Virus record (IMG/VR): IMGVR_UViG_3300023174_000036
Coordinates: 186,001-250,000 of that record
Length of the DNA: 64,000 nucleotides
Strand: one strand, 5' to 3'
Shown here: one piece after another, positions 49,434-59,189 of the stretch
Layout: each line of letters begins with the position of its first letter
How positions within the stretch are numbered: the first letter of the stretch is position 1
Translations under genes and position numbers: made by a program
Notes under the pieces: model-generated
Database searches by the model: none
What the model saw: only the letters and a program-made list of their open reading frames with translations
Told to the model about the DNA's origin: nothing

Positions 49434-50404
49434 TGAGCTTTTCAACCATTCCTTTCCAAAATATTGTACGGTTTGGGCAACGCACAATGCTAGCCAAACC
49501 ATTGTTTTCTACCAGTTGGATTTTGGGTAGATTCTGTAACTATAATTGTAGTTACTGTTGGCCCTATGCTCGCAGTGACCGAATAGATCACCAACCACTT
49601 GAAGTGTATAAAGCCACGGTGGACGAGATTAAGCGTCAAGCACGAGCTAATGGATTCAACCAGTTTCATTGGTCGTTCAGTGGAGGTGAGCCTACTGCTT
49701 ACAAACAGTTGCTAGATCTAGTTAAACATTTGGATGAATTAGAATCCAAGTATCAAAGTATTCATATGACCACTAATTTGTCGCCTGGATCAAAATGGTG
49801 GAACACTTGGTGTCGGAATACTGAGATGTTACAACGTAGAAGTATCACTGCCAGTTTTCACGATGAGTTTGCTTGCGAACAAGAATTTGGCGACAAGTGT
49901 TTACAGTTGCAATACGAACTGGTACACGTTACAATCAATCAAGTAATGGTGCCCGAAAAATTTTACGAATTATATGATCGCATGGAGCGTTTTCATTCTC
50001 GCGGCATCAACGTTACATTGAAGCCTCAAAGCGATCCCACAGCGAGTGCGGTTGTTGACGGTTATACCAAAGATATGATGCATAAAATGCAAACAGGTTT
50101 CCCGCAACGTGCTAATGGTGAGGATGCTTATCAAATAGCATTATACGATGCTGACAACACCGAATACTTGTTTGACCAAGCAGAAAGATTTAATGCATTT
50201 GGATTTAACAAATTCACCAACTGGACTTGTAATGCCGGCTATCAAAGTGTTATAATAAGAGGTAATGAGGTTAAAAGAAGTTACAGTTGTCATGATGTGC
50301 CGTTAGGCACACTTGACAGCTTTGAATTATTCAAAGAACCCAAACGCTGTACTACTCCCAGTTGTGTTAGTAGTGCAGACTCAAAGATACCAAAATGCAA
50401 ATAA
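49433..50404 (+). CDS. Radical SAM enzyme (subtype B)
   Basis: W.LGRFCNYNCSYC, SGGEPT, C-terminal Cys cluster. Confidence 0.9.
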   Translation: MSFSTIPFQNIVRFGQRTMLAKPLFSTSWILGRFCNYNCSYCWPYARSDRIDHQPLEVYKATVDEIKRQARANGFNQFHWSFSGGEPTAYKQLLDLVKHLDELESKYQSIHMTTNLSPGSKWWNTWCRNTEMLQRRSITASFHDEFACEQEFGDKCLQLQYELVHVTINQVMVPEKFYELYDRMERFHSRGINVTLKPQSDPTASAVVDGYTKDMMHKMQTGFPQRANGEDAYQIALYDADNTEYLFDQAERFNAFGFNKFTNWTCNAGYQSVIIRGNEVKRSYSCHDVPLGTLDSFELFKEPKRCTTPSCVSSADSKIPKCK

Positions 50405-51687
50405 CCTTTAGAGACTACGTAAAAACATTTCCCAAACTTGAAAAAGAGTTTGATAATGCCGCTATGTGTGCTATGAAGTGGATCTATCTGTATGTGCATT
50501 TAGGTGAAGGAGTTGTTAAAGGATGCCATAATGTTCCTCACAGATATGTTACTAGTGATGACATTGCCAAGTACGGTAAGGACTTATTTACTAACAGCGA
50601 ATATGAAATTAATACACGCCGAGAAAAATTAAACAACATAAAAAATCCAGAATGTCAAAGGTGTTGGAGTAGCGAATCAAAAAATGTTCGTAGTTGTAGA
50701 TTACCAGAACCTTACTATAAAATGCATAGGGATCGTTTTCCAGAAATCACCAATGATTTAACCCCTATGCCAACTATGATAGAAATTGCATTTAATAATA
50801 CCTGTGATTTAAAATGTATATATTGCAGTAGCACTTTTAGTTCTCAGTGGCAAACTGAAGATAAAAAATTTAACATTGTATCTAAACAACAAGCCGTTGC
50901 CCCAGAAGGATTTGAAGATATATTTTGGCAATGGTTAGAACAAGACGGTTCAAATACCCTACTACAATATTATATTTTGGGAGGCGAGCCCTTAATACAA
51001 CCGGAGTTCTATAATTTCATAGACAGGTTTATCCCTTTAATAAAAGCTAATCCAAATAAATTCAACGTTAAACCTGAATTAGTTATTCTTACCAATGGCA
51101 ATACACCTGAAAAATATTTAACTAAGTGGTTTGAAAAAATAAAAGAATTAAATGAAGTAGTGTCTATTCAATTTCATATCAGCATTGAAGGATACGGAAA
51201 CAAAGCAGAGTACATCAGAACTAATTTAGACTGGGATAGATTTTCCAGCAACGTGGATAAAATATTAGAATTTTCTAAATCAGGTGCAAGTGAAATTAGA
51301 TTCAGCATTACACATTCAGCTATGAGTATTACTAGTTGTTTAGACTTACTACAGTGGATAAAAAAATTATCGGATAAACACAGCATTGATGTAGATTTAA
51401 TTCGAACTAGTGTTGTTACTCCAGAACATCTTGCGCCTTGCATGTTAACTCCTAATTTTAATACCTACATAGATGAAGTGTGTTCATGGATAGAAACTGA
51501 TGCTCCCAAATGGAATCACTACATTGATTTTTTAAAAGGCATTGGTAATAGTTTTGGAAAACACTCTGTTGCCGATTTAAAAAAATTTACTGCATGGGAG
51601 CAAGATATGGTAAGCCGAAGAAATTTTAAAACTAAAGAAACATTCCCTGAGTTAGCTACATGGCTAGAGTATTGCAATGAAAATTGA
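50395..51687 (+). CDS. Radical SAM enzyme (subtype A)
   Basis: N-terminal C..KW...C...CQRC; CDLKCIYC; GGEP. Confidence 0.9.
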   Translation: MQITFRDYVKTFPKLEKEFDNAAMCAMKWIYLYVHLGEGVVKGCHNVPHRYVTSDDIAKYGKDLFTNSEYEINTRREKLNNIKNPECQRCWSSESKNVRSCRLPEPYYKMHRDRFPEITNDLTPMPTMIEIAFNNTCDLKCIYCSSTFSSQWQTEDKKFNIVSKQQAVAPEGFEDIFWQWLEQDGSNTLLQYYILGGEPLIQPEFYNFIDRFIPLIKANPNKFNVKPELVILTNGNTPEKYLTKWFEKIKELNEVVSIQFHISIEGYGNKAEYIRTNLDWDRFSSNVDKILEFSKSGASEIRFSITHSAMSITSCLDLLQWIKKLSDKHSIDVDLIRTSVVTPEHLAPCMLTPNFNTYIDEVCSWIETDAPKWNHYIDFLKGIGNSFGKHSVADLKKFTAWEQDMVSRRNFKTKETFPELATWLEYCNEN

Positions 51688-52291
51688 TACCGAACACTTA
51701 CACTATTGGATGCAGGCTATTAGGCAAAGCCCAGACCCTATGCGGACTATGGATGCTTTTTGGTCAGGACAAATTAAAAGTAAAGAGTGGCTGATCAATT
51801 CGTTAGAGTTAGTTGTACATCCTCAAGTTGATTGTAAATTGCCCAAGCCTTTTTCTATAGACATTCACGGTGGGTGGGTTGGTGTTCTTGCTAGCATGAT
51901 ATTTCAAAGTAGGATACCGGTTGCTAATATTCGAAGTATTGATATAGACCCTACTTGTGAATCCATTGCCACAATGATGAACAAGGGTGAAGAAATAAAT
52001 GGCAAGTTCCGTGCAGTAACTTCAGACATGTGTGCTATACGAAGCGATGCAGATATTGTTATCAATACCAGTTGCGAACATATTACACAAGATCAGTATG
52101 ACTTGTGGAAAAGTGGAATGCCTCATAATAGTATACTTGTCTTACAAAGCAATAATTATAATATTCCCGAACATGTTCGCATTGCCAATAGTTTAGAAGA
52201 ATTTAAACAACAATGTGATATCAATGTACTATGGTCTGGAGAACTAGAATTACCTTTATACAAACGATGGATGATTATAGGAAAAGTATAA
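51677..52291 (+). CDS. Class I SAM-dependent methyltransferase-like protein
   Basis: GGWVG.LA, SIDIDP and INTSCEH motifs. Confidence 0.7.
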   Translation: MKIDTEHLHYWMQAIRQSPDPMRTMDAFWSGQIKSKEWLINSLELVVHPQVDCKLPKPFSIDIHGGWVGVLASMIFQSRIPVANIRSIDIDPTCESIATMMNKGEEINGKFRAVTSDMCAIRSDADIVINTSCEHITQDQYDLWKSGMPHNSILVLQSNNYNIPEHVRIANSLEEFKQQCDINVLWSGELELPLYKRWMIIGKV

Positions 52292-53181
52292 TGGAGTATG
52301 AAATTTACAACAACAAACCTGGAATTGAAATTGTATTTTCTAACGGCTTTGAAAATATTAGTTTGTTTTATGCAATTTATGATTGGCCAGCTGCCACTAA
52401 GTTTTACAAGTTGTTAACCGATGCTATCAATAATAAAAATTCATTTATAAGTGATACTAGTTTCAATGTATCTGAACACGATGAAGTTGTACTATTAAAC
52501 ACCATAAACGATACAGTTGATAAAATAAACAAAAAATACAAAATCAATATTCCTGTAATTACATCAGACTCAGATTTAAATTTATTGCATAGAGCAACTG
52601 TTCCTGTTAATTGTGAGTTGTGGAAAATTATTAATGACAGTATACATTCTTATGAACAATATAAGATTCAAATTAATAGTGAGCCACGTGTTAACGCATA
52701 TTTTAGATTTGAGCCTAGAAATTTAATCCCATTAAATAAAGAAGATTTTTTATTTTTTAAAGCTGACAGAGAGTTTGGCGACTTATGCATGAACTATACC
52801 CATAAGGGAAAACATTGGTTAGAATTACAATCCGATAACGATCCTGATAGTCTAACTGATGGTCAATTGCAAGCAGAAACACATTTAGAAGCAGGAGGCT
52901 ACTTGGTATTTAGACCCCCAAGTCCGAATCCTTTTTATCGTTTAAATAAATTTATACAATGGTTTAATAATGCATGTCCGGGAAAATCCGTAACATCCGA
53001 GATGGCCGTTGGATATTTGTTACTGGGTAAGATGGTGATGCCACAATCTTGGAATGGCTTCTACGTTCCGGAAAGATCTGATTGGGTTAGAAGGTTGTGC
53101 AATTATAAAACCATTATAGGTATAAATTTAATTACAATCAACGATGTACCGTCGTTATTAAAAAAATCTAAGATAATATGA
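52291..53181 (+). CDS. Uncharacterised radical-SAM partner protein
   Basis: Similar to the N-terminal half of 31569-33617; start MEYEIY overlaps the upstream TAA. Confidence 0.7.
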   Translation: MEYEIYNNKPGIEIVFSNGFENISLFYAIYDWPAATKFYKLLTDAINNKNSFISDTSFNVSEHDEVVLLNTINDTVDKINKKYKINIPVITSDSDLNLLHRATVPVNCELWKIINDSIHSYEQYKIQINSEPRVNAYFRFEPRNLIPLNKEDFLFFKADREFGDLCMNYTHKGKHWLELQSDNDPDSLTDGQLQAETHLEAGGYLVFRPPSPNPFYRLNKFIQWFNNACPGKSVTSEMAVGYLLLGKMVMPQSWNGFYVPERSDWVRRLCNYKTIIGINLITINDVPSLLKKSKII

Positions 53182-54185
53182 AACCAATTGCTATTGTTAA
53201 TTTTAATCATAACGACTATTTGTATATCACATGGTCGTTAACTTCTACTTGTAATTACGAATGCAATTATTGCTGGCCAAATGCTCACGATGGAAAACAT
53301 AGATTTCCTATAAATTTAGATTTAATTTGTAAGAATATAGAACATTTGATATCAACTTACAAAACTCACTTTAATAAAACAAATGTAAGATTGTCCTTAG
53401 CAGGCGGCGAGCCAACGTTGTGGCCCGAATTAGGAGAGTTCGTTAAACGCATACACGAATCTACCGGTTGTCGTGTTACACTTAATACTAACGGTTCACG
53501 AACTATACGGTGGTGGAAAGAGTATGCCAAATATTTTGACGATATACAGATTAGCGTACATCGAGAACAATGCGATGTTGCTCATGTTATAGAATTATTA
53601 GATTTGATATACAAAGAAACAGATGCGTTCTGTGCAGGCCGAGTATTGATGGATCCACTAGCGTGGGACGTTAGTATAGGTATGTTAAATCAATTAGTCA
53701 ATCATCCAACTCCTTGGCTTGTTAAAACTGTATTACTCACTGATCCGTTAACTGGTGAAGTAATGACAAATTATCAAAATGAACATTTTGATTTTATGAG
53801 AGACACTGTTAAAAAACGCCCGTCCGACGAATATGTAATGCGCATGAAAAATGCTGGTAAGATAGATGAGACTGATAAAAAAGAAGCAAAGGTAATATTT
53901 TCAAATGGTAACGAAGAACCTTATGATTCTTTCCGCTTAATGGAAAATGGTTGGAATAAATTTTATGGATGGGATTGCAATGTAGGTCTTGATCGTTTGG
54001 GAATTAATTATGCAGGCGAAGTAGAAGGCAACTGCGGCGAAAAGATTTTTAATACAAGTTTAAATATAAACGATCCTAATTTTATTTCTAAATTCAAACC
54101 CGAGTTAGTTGCTCCTATTAAATGTAAGAAGATATGGTGTGATTGTACATCTGATATAAGAATTACAAAACAGAAAAATGTATAA
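53178..54185 (+). CDS. Radical SAM enzyme (subtype B)
   Basis: W.LTSTCNYECNYC, GGEPT, C...C.C..D. Confidence 0.9.
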   Translation: MKPIAIVNFNHNDYLYITWSLTSTCNYECNYCWPNAHDGKHRFPINLDLICKNIEHLISTYKTHFNKTNVRLSLAGGEPTLWPELGEFVKRIHESTGCRVTLNTNGSRTIRWWKEYAKYFDDIQISVHREQCDVAHVIELLDLIYKETDAFCAGRVLMDPLAWDVSIGMLNQLVNHPTPWLVKTVLLTDPLTGEVMTNYQNEHFDFMRDTVKKRPSDEYVMRMKNAGKIDETDKKEAKVIFSNGNEEPYDSFRLMENGWNKFYGWDCNVGLDRLGINYAGEVEGNCGEKIFNTSLNINDPNFISKFKPELVAPIKCKKIWCDCTSDIRITKQKNV

Positions 54186-55149
54186 TTTACAAGATATCAA
54201 AGTTATTCATTTAGAAGTAACTAGCAAATGCCAAGCTAGTTGCCCAATGTGTGTACGTAATATCCGCGGCGGAGTAGACAGTCCTGATTTAAAAATTTCT
54301 GAAATTACTTTGGATCAATTTAAAAAATGGTTCTCTGTTGATTTTATAAAACAATTAGACAAAGTTTATATGTGCGGCAATACAGGAGATCCGATACTTG
54401 CTAAAGATACTTTGAGCATATTTGAATACTTACGTACAGTTAATACAGAATTAGAGCTTAGTATGAATACAAATGGCAGTGCCAGAGATATAAAATTTTG
54501 GCAAGGATTGGCGGAATTAAAAGTTGCAGTTAGATTTGGAATTGACGGCATGAATGATACTCATAGTCTTTATCGAATTGGTACAGATTGGAATAAGGTT
54601 ATACACAATGTACAAACTTTTATAAACAACGGTGGCTATGCAGTGTGGGACATGTTAATATTTGACCATAACAAACACCAAGTTGATGCCTGCGAACAAC
54701 TAAGTCGTAATCTTGGTTTTGCACAATTTGTAACAAAGAACACAAGTAGATTTCAAAATGATAATCTTACTGTGTTAAATAAAGACGGTACAATAAGTCA
54801 TATACTAAAACCTTCTATTAAGAGTAAACAGATTACTGAGAAGTTATCGGAGCAAGAATCTGTTATAACTTGTAAGGTAAAAACGCCTGGCAGTTTATAT
54901 GTTAGTGCCGAAGGAAAGATTGCTCCATGTTGCTGGTTGGATTTCAATGCTATTTCTAGCAATGCTCCTAGTCATGCAGATTTTATTAGCAAGGGTTTTA
55001 ATAATCCAAATTTGCATATACAAGATTTGAAACAAATATTTGACAACGACTTTTTTACAAGAATAGAACAATCTTGGACAAAAAACCCATTACGTGCTTG
55101 TAGTAGACAGTGCGGCAAGGTAGATAAATTTAATGAACAATTCAAATAA
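54178..55149 (+). CDS. Radical SAM enzyme (subtype C)
   Basis: LEVTSKCQASCPMC; PCC...CSRQC. Confidence 0.9.
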   Translation: MYNLQDIKVIHLEVTSKCQASCPMCVRNIRGGVDSPDLKISEITLDQFKKWFSVDFIKQLDKVYMCGNTGDPILAKDTLSIFEYLRTVNTELELSMNTNGSARDIKFWQGLAELKVAVRFGIDGMNDTHSLYRIGTDWNKVIHNVQTFINNGGYAVWDMLIFDHNKHQVDACEQLSRNLGFAQFVTKNTSRFQNDNLTVLNKDGTISHILKPSIKSKQITEKLSEQESVITCKVKTPGSLYVSAEGKIAPCCWLDFNAISSNAPSHADFISKGFNNPNLHIQDLKQIFDNDFFTRIEQSWTKNPLRACSRQCGKVDKFNEQFK

Positions 55150-56443
55150 AACATTTTGTCCGCTACCGTTTATACACATTGCTACTCGTCCTAACGGCGA
55201 CGTTCGTGTATGCTGTACAGCCAACGCTAGTGGCGCAGGCATTATAGATATTAAGGACGCAGGCTTAGTTAAGGAAGGCACTGAAAATTTAAATCTTAAA
55301 ACTCACACTATTAGCCAAATATGGAACAGTCAGTATATGAAAAATATACGATTGGACATGCTGTCTAACAAAATTCCATCCAGCTGTGAAAAATGTTTTA
55401 AAGAAGAAACACAAGGAATTAAAAGTAAACGTAACTGGGAAACACAAGTATGGTCCGAGCGTTTAGATTTAAAATCAATTGTGGATCAGACAGCTGGAGA
55501 CGGATCTCTACCTGTTTCTATTCCCTACTTTGATTTACGATTGGGAAATCTTTGTCAGTTAAAATGCATTATGTGCAGTCCACACGATAGCAGTAGTTGG
55601 ATTAAGGATTGGAAGGTACAATTCCCAAAATATAAAATACAAGAATTAAAACAAGATCAAAGTTGGAATATAGATTTTGATTACACATGGTATCAAAAAG
55701 GATCTTTTTTAGAAGATATGCGTTCAAACGCATCCAATATTAGAGAGTTATATTTTGCAGGAGGCGAACCGTTGTTAATACCTGAACACTATAAGATTTT
55801 AGAGTTCATGGTAGAAACAGGAGCCGCAAAATTATGCGTTATACGTTATAATTCTAATGGTTTAGAATTGCCTGAAAAATTATTTGATTTGTGGAAATAT
55901 TTTAAAGAAGTTAAATTTAATTTTAGTGTGGATGCCGTAGGAGATCGTAATGACTATATTCGCTATCCTAGCAAGTGGAATAATGTTGTTGCAAATTTAG
56001 AAAGGTTAGATGATACCCCGGATAACATCACTGTAAACATAGCGTGTGCGGTGCAGTTGTTAAATATATTGTCTGTGACAGAGTTAGTACATTGGAAGGA
56101 AACTAAAAACTTTAAAAAAGTTAATAAGGCACCTTACGGCGCTGGATTAATTGGAACACATTTGGTATATCTTCCTAGCTATTTAAATGTAAGGGTACTA
56201 CCTAAACATCTAAAAGACCAAGTAGCGGCTCAAATTGATTATTTTTGTTTTAGACAATCGAGGAACATAGAATTCCAAGATAATCCTTACGGCCAACAAC
56301 GATGGCAAGGCCTAGTTCGATACATGATGGCAGAAGACTGGTCCAGCAAATTGCCAGTAACTGTTGAATATTTAGAGCAATGCGATCAACAGCGTGGAAC
56401 TGATTTTAGAACTATTTTTCCAGAATTGGGTGCAGTGCTATAG
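55133..56443 (+). CDS. Radical SAM enzyme (subtype A)
   Basis: CPLPFIH...CC...CEKC; CQLKCIMC; FAGGEP. Confidence 0.9.
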   Translation: MNNSNKTFCPLPFIHIATRPNGDVRVCCTANASGAGIIDIKDAGLVKEGTENLNLKTHTISQIWNSQYMKNIRLDMLSNKIPSSCEKCFKEETQGIKSKRNWETQVWSERLDLKSIVDQTAGDGSLPVSIPYFDLRLGNLCQLKCIMCSPHDSSSWIKDWKVQFPKYKIQELKQDQSWNIDFDYTWYQKGSFLEDMRSNASNIRELYFAGGEPLLIPEHYKILEFMVETGAAKLCVIRYNSNGLELPEKLFDLWKYFKEVKFNFSVDAVGDRNDYIRYPSKWNNVVANLERLDDTPDNITVNIACAVQLLNILSVTELVHWKETKNFKKVNKAPYGAGLIGTHLVYLPSYLNVRVLPKHLKDQVAAQIDYFCFRQSRNIEFQDNPYGQQRWQGLVRYMMAEDWSSKLPVTVEYLEQCDQQRGTDFRTIFPELGAVL

Positions 56444-56999
56444 CATATTCAACACCGTCAAGAATTGCCTTTACAAATTTTGCTGGCCGATGCATTGCAT
56501 AAACTTCCTGGTCAGTTATGGTCAACTTCCCAGTTGTGATGTTACCGATTGTTGTTAAGTTACCAGCAGAGTCAACTTTTAATTTGATTTCCATTCCGGA
56601 ACTATTCGTTAACGCTAATAAAAACTCTGTTAGTACTGGCCCAGTTCCAGAATAATCTCCAGCTACTTTAAAGTGCAATCCGCCAGCCAACGGCGTTTCT
56701 TCTTGACAGTAGCCTAAACTATTCCCCGGAGAAGTCCTTGCATAAACTTGTAGTCCGCCTATCATATCGTCAGCACCAACTGGTAGCTTATTACTTTGGT
56801 CGCCTCTTGATTTGGTTAACCCTACGTACACTGGAGCACCGCCCACACCAGCATAGTCCAAGTAGAATAGCTGTTCGTTTTTTGATGTCCGTATGATTAC
56901 ATGGCCACTCTTGGTACTGTCACCAAATATCTCTTGTTTATCAAAATCTGATGGATCGATGTTGTCTGGTATTACCTTGTCAGAAATATTATAATTCAT
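56412..56999 (-). CDS. Hypothetical protein with tail-fibre-like beta motif
   Basis: KSRG....P...DD.IG.L and K.DS.GNL motifs; TATAAATA upstream. Confidence 0.55.
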   Translation of the reverse strand: MNYNISDKVIPDNIDPSDFDKQEIFGDSTKSGHVIIRTSKNEQLFYLDYAGVGGAPVYVGLTKSRGDQSNKLPVGADDMIGGLQVYARTSPGNSLGYCQEETPLAGGLHFKVAGDYSGTGPVLTEFLLALTNSSGMEIKLKVDSAGNLTTIGNITTGKLTITDQEVYAMHRPAKFVKAILDGVEYAIALHPILEK

Positions 57000-57007
57000 T
57001 GCCAGTA

Positions 57008-57038
57008 CCTATAAATATGTTCACCGACTATTTATAGG
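57008..57038. promoter_or_regulatory. Face-to-face pair of T4-type late promoters
   Basis: ccTATAAATA-N11-TATTTATAgg, a 10-bp inverted repeat between divergent genes. Confidence 0.7.
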
Positions 57039-57044
57039 AATGTT

Positions 57045-57797
57045 ATGAATCAAAAAGAGTTTTTTTGGTTGCACAGAGATTACCATAATCGAAGCCTTAA
57101 TGAAATGGCAAAATCTATTACAGAATACAACACAGCATTTCTATTGAGCAAAGGATATGAAGTATTTTATTGCACCAATGGGGCCGATCCTCAGTTAGAA
57201 CAAGCCGAAATTGGTTCCTTGTTTCCAACCACGGACTTGGATTACACTGTTAAAGATACACACATTGTAAATGATATTTTTAATTTTAATACCTACTTTA
57301 CAAAAAATACAGAAAATAGAATTCAAGTTTCGGGAGAGCATTATAAAACATTTGATTGTTTAGTGTCTCTAGCCGCAGGAGATAAAGTTGATAAAAATCC
57401 AATAGACATTGGATTGCTGGGAGATAATCATTATGTCGTTGATATCAGCCCAACTGCCATTCACAAGTCCATGGGAATTTACAAAGAAGTTTCATCTTAT
57501 AAACAACTTGATATTTTTAATGCAGTAGAACTTAAAAAATTCTTAGCAACATGTAAAGGAACCAAAGGTTTCTTTGTTGTGAGTAATTGTTTCTTATACA
57601 GTGTAAGTGCATTGATTTATGATGTGAAATTAAGATTACAAATGCAAAATCAATTTATTGAAATACTTGCAAACGATAAAATTGATTGGTATGTTGAAAT
57701 GGATTCAGCCGACGGCGAATTTTTCAATTGTGTAAGAGCCAAGGACATACAAAACAAAAAATTAGACAACAGATTCAAAGCCCTGCCATGGATATAA
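57045..57797 (+). CDS. Hypothetical protein (weak methyltransferase-like VVDISP motif)
   Basis: 250-aa ORF with SD. Confidence 0.6.
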   Translation: MNQKEFFWLHRDYHNRSLNEMAKSITEYNTAFLLSKGYEVFYCTNGADPQLEQAEIGSLFPTTDLDYTVKDTHIVNDIFNFNTYFTKNTENRIQVSGEHYKTFDCLVSLAAGDKVDKNPIDIGLLGDNHYVVDISPTAIHKSMGIYKEVSSYKQLDIFNAVELKKFLATCKGTKGFFVVSNCFLYSVSALIYDVKLRLQMQNQFIEILANDKIDWYVEMDSADGEFFNCVRAKDIQNKKLDNRFKALPWI

Positions 57798-58540
57798 ATC
57801 AATTTTTTGTCAATGAATCATCTCGTCCCTTTAATCAGGATGCGTTAATTGCTCCTAAGGAGTTTATTGGTTGGCAATCCGATGATAATATACTGACAAG
57901 TTATTTTAATTGGATACGAGAAAATAGCAGGTGTGCTTGCTTACGTCTGGATATTAATGCATCAATAGATGAAGTTGTAGAAGAATTGGAACACAAAGCA
58001 AGTAAACTTGCAGTTCCACACAGAGCAGGGGACAGTGTTGGTTGGAGAACTATAACACTGCACGGTTACTCTTCTTTGATGTCAGATTATTCTGGTTACT
58101 ACAAAGAAGAAGGCATAGTTTCCCAAGATGCTGTTGAAACGTGGACAGATTCTTGCAGTATTTTTCCTAAAACTGTGCAGTGGATTAAAGACAACATACC
58201 CTTTACAAGTTACAGTAGAATTCGCATAATGGTGTTAGATGCTGGCGGATATATTAATCCGCACAGAGACTGGCAAGGACAGATGCTGGGCGGTGGCATT
58301 AATATTGCCATGACCAATCCAGAAGGAGTTGAATTTGGACTAGAGAATGGCGGACTAGTACCATGGATGCCGGGAGATGTTAGAATCATAGATGTTGCAA
58401 GACATCATGGTGTTAGAAATCTTAGCAGTACTCCGCGAATTCATATTATTGCATCTCCTTTAGGAAAAACTTGGAACAAAGAAGCAATGGTATTAGCATG
58501 TAAAAGTTATTCAATGACACACGGGATGATGTATGACTAA
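57788..58540 (+). CDS. Aspartyl/asparaginyl beta-hydroxylase-like 2OG-Fe(II) oxygenase
   Basis: W.TITLHG...RIRIM.L..GGYINPHRD...H.V.N....RIH. Confidence 0.8.
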   Translation: MDINQFFVNESSRPFNQDALIAPKEFIGWQSDDNILTSYFNWIRENSRCACLRLDINASIDEVVEELEHKASKLAVPHRAGDSVGWRTITLHGYSSLMSDYSGYYKEEGIVSQDAVETWTDSCSIFPKTVQWIKDNIPFTSYSRIRIMVLDAGGYINPHRDWQGQMLGGGINIAMTNPEGVEFGLENGGLVPWMPGDVRIIDVARHHGVRNLSSTPRIHIIASPLGKTWNKEAMVLACKSYSMTHGMMYD

Positions 58541-59189
58541 CGAAGAATTTGAAAGGGCAATGTTATGGAACAGCTTAACAAATTTAGGAAGCTATGCTAA
58601 ACTGGATCTGAGAATAACTGAAACTGTTGTCACAAAAGATTTATTAAAGTTTTCTGAAAACTGGTGTCCTTACAATGAAAAAAAAGATGTACACAATAAT
58701 CGCTGGGGACTCCCAGTAACTAGTCATACTGGCGACGTCATGGATAATTACCATCTTAATAGTTTTGGTTATATGCAAAAATATCATGACGTAGAAATGA
58801 AGGAAGAAAACTTTACAACTCCTACGGATGTATATCATGCAATACCAGAAATTAAAAAACTAGTTGATGTGTTTGCTCCAGATATTGGCAGAGTTCATAT
58901 ACTAAAAGTAAATCAAGGCGGCTACTTTCCTCCCCACAGAGATTTTGCAGGAGTTGCGCCGGAGTATTTTCGACTGTCATGTGTTTTTGGAAGCTGTTCA
59001 GATTTTAATTACGTGCAAACATTACACGATCAAATTTTCAGGCCAGAACGCAGTCATTTATATTTTGTTAATTTTCAATTAAACCACAGCGTTTTTAGTT
59101 TTTCAGATAACTTATATAATCTAATCTTAACAGTTAAATTGAATCGTAGAACACATGATTTGGTTATCAAACATTCCATGTCAAAATGA
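58533..59189 (+). CDS. AspH-like 2OG-Fe(II) oxygenase
   Basis: GR.H.L....GGYFPPHRD...H.VF. Confidence 0.7.
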   Translation: MTNEEFERAMLWNSLTNLGSYAKLDLRITETVVTKDLLKFSENWCPYNEKKDVHNNRWGLPVTSHTGDVMDNYHLNSFGYMQKYHDVEMKEENFTTPTDVYHAIPEIKKLVDVFAPDIGRVHILKVNQGGYFPPHRDFAGVAPEYFRLSCVFGSCSDFNYVQTLHDQIFRPERSHLYFVNFQLNHSVFSFSDNLYNLILTVKLNRRTHDLVIKHSMSK

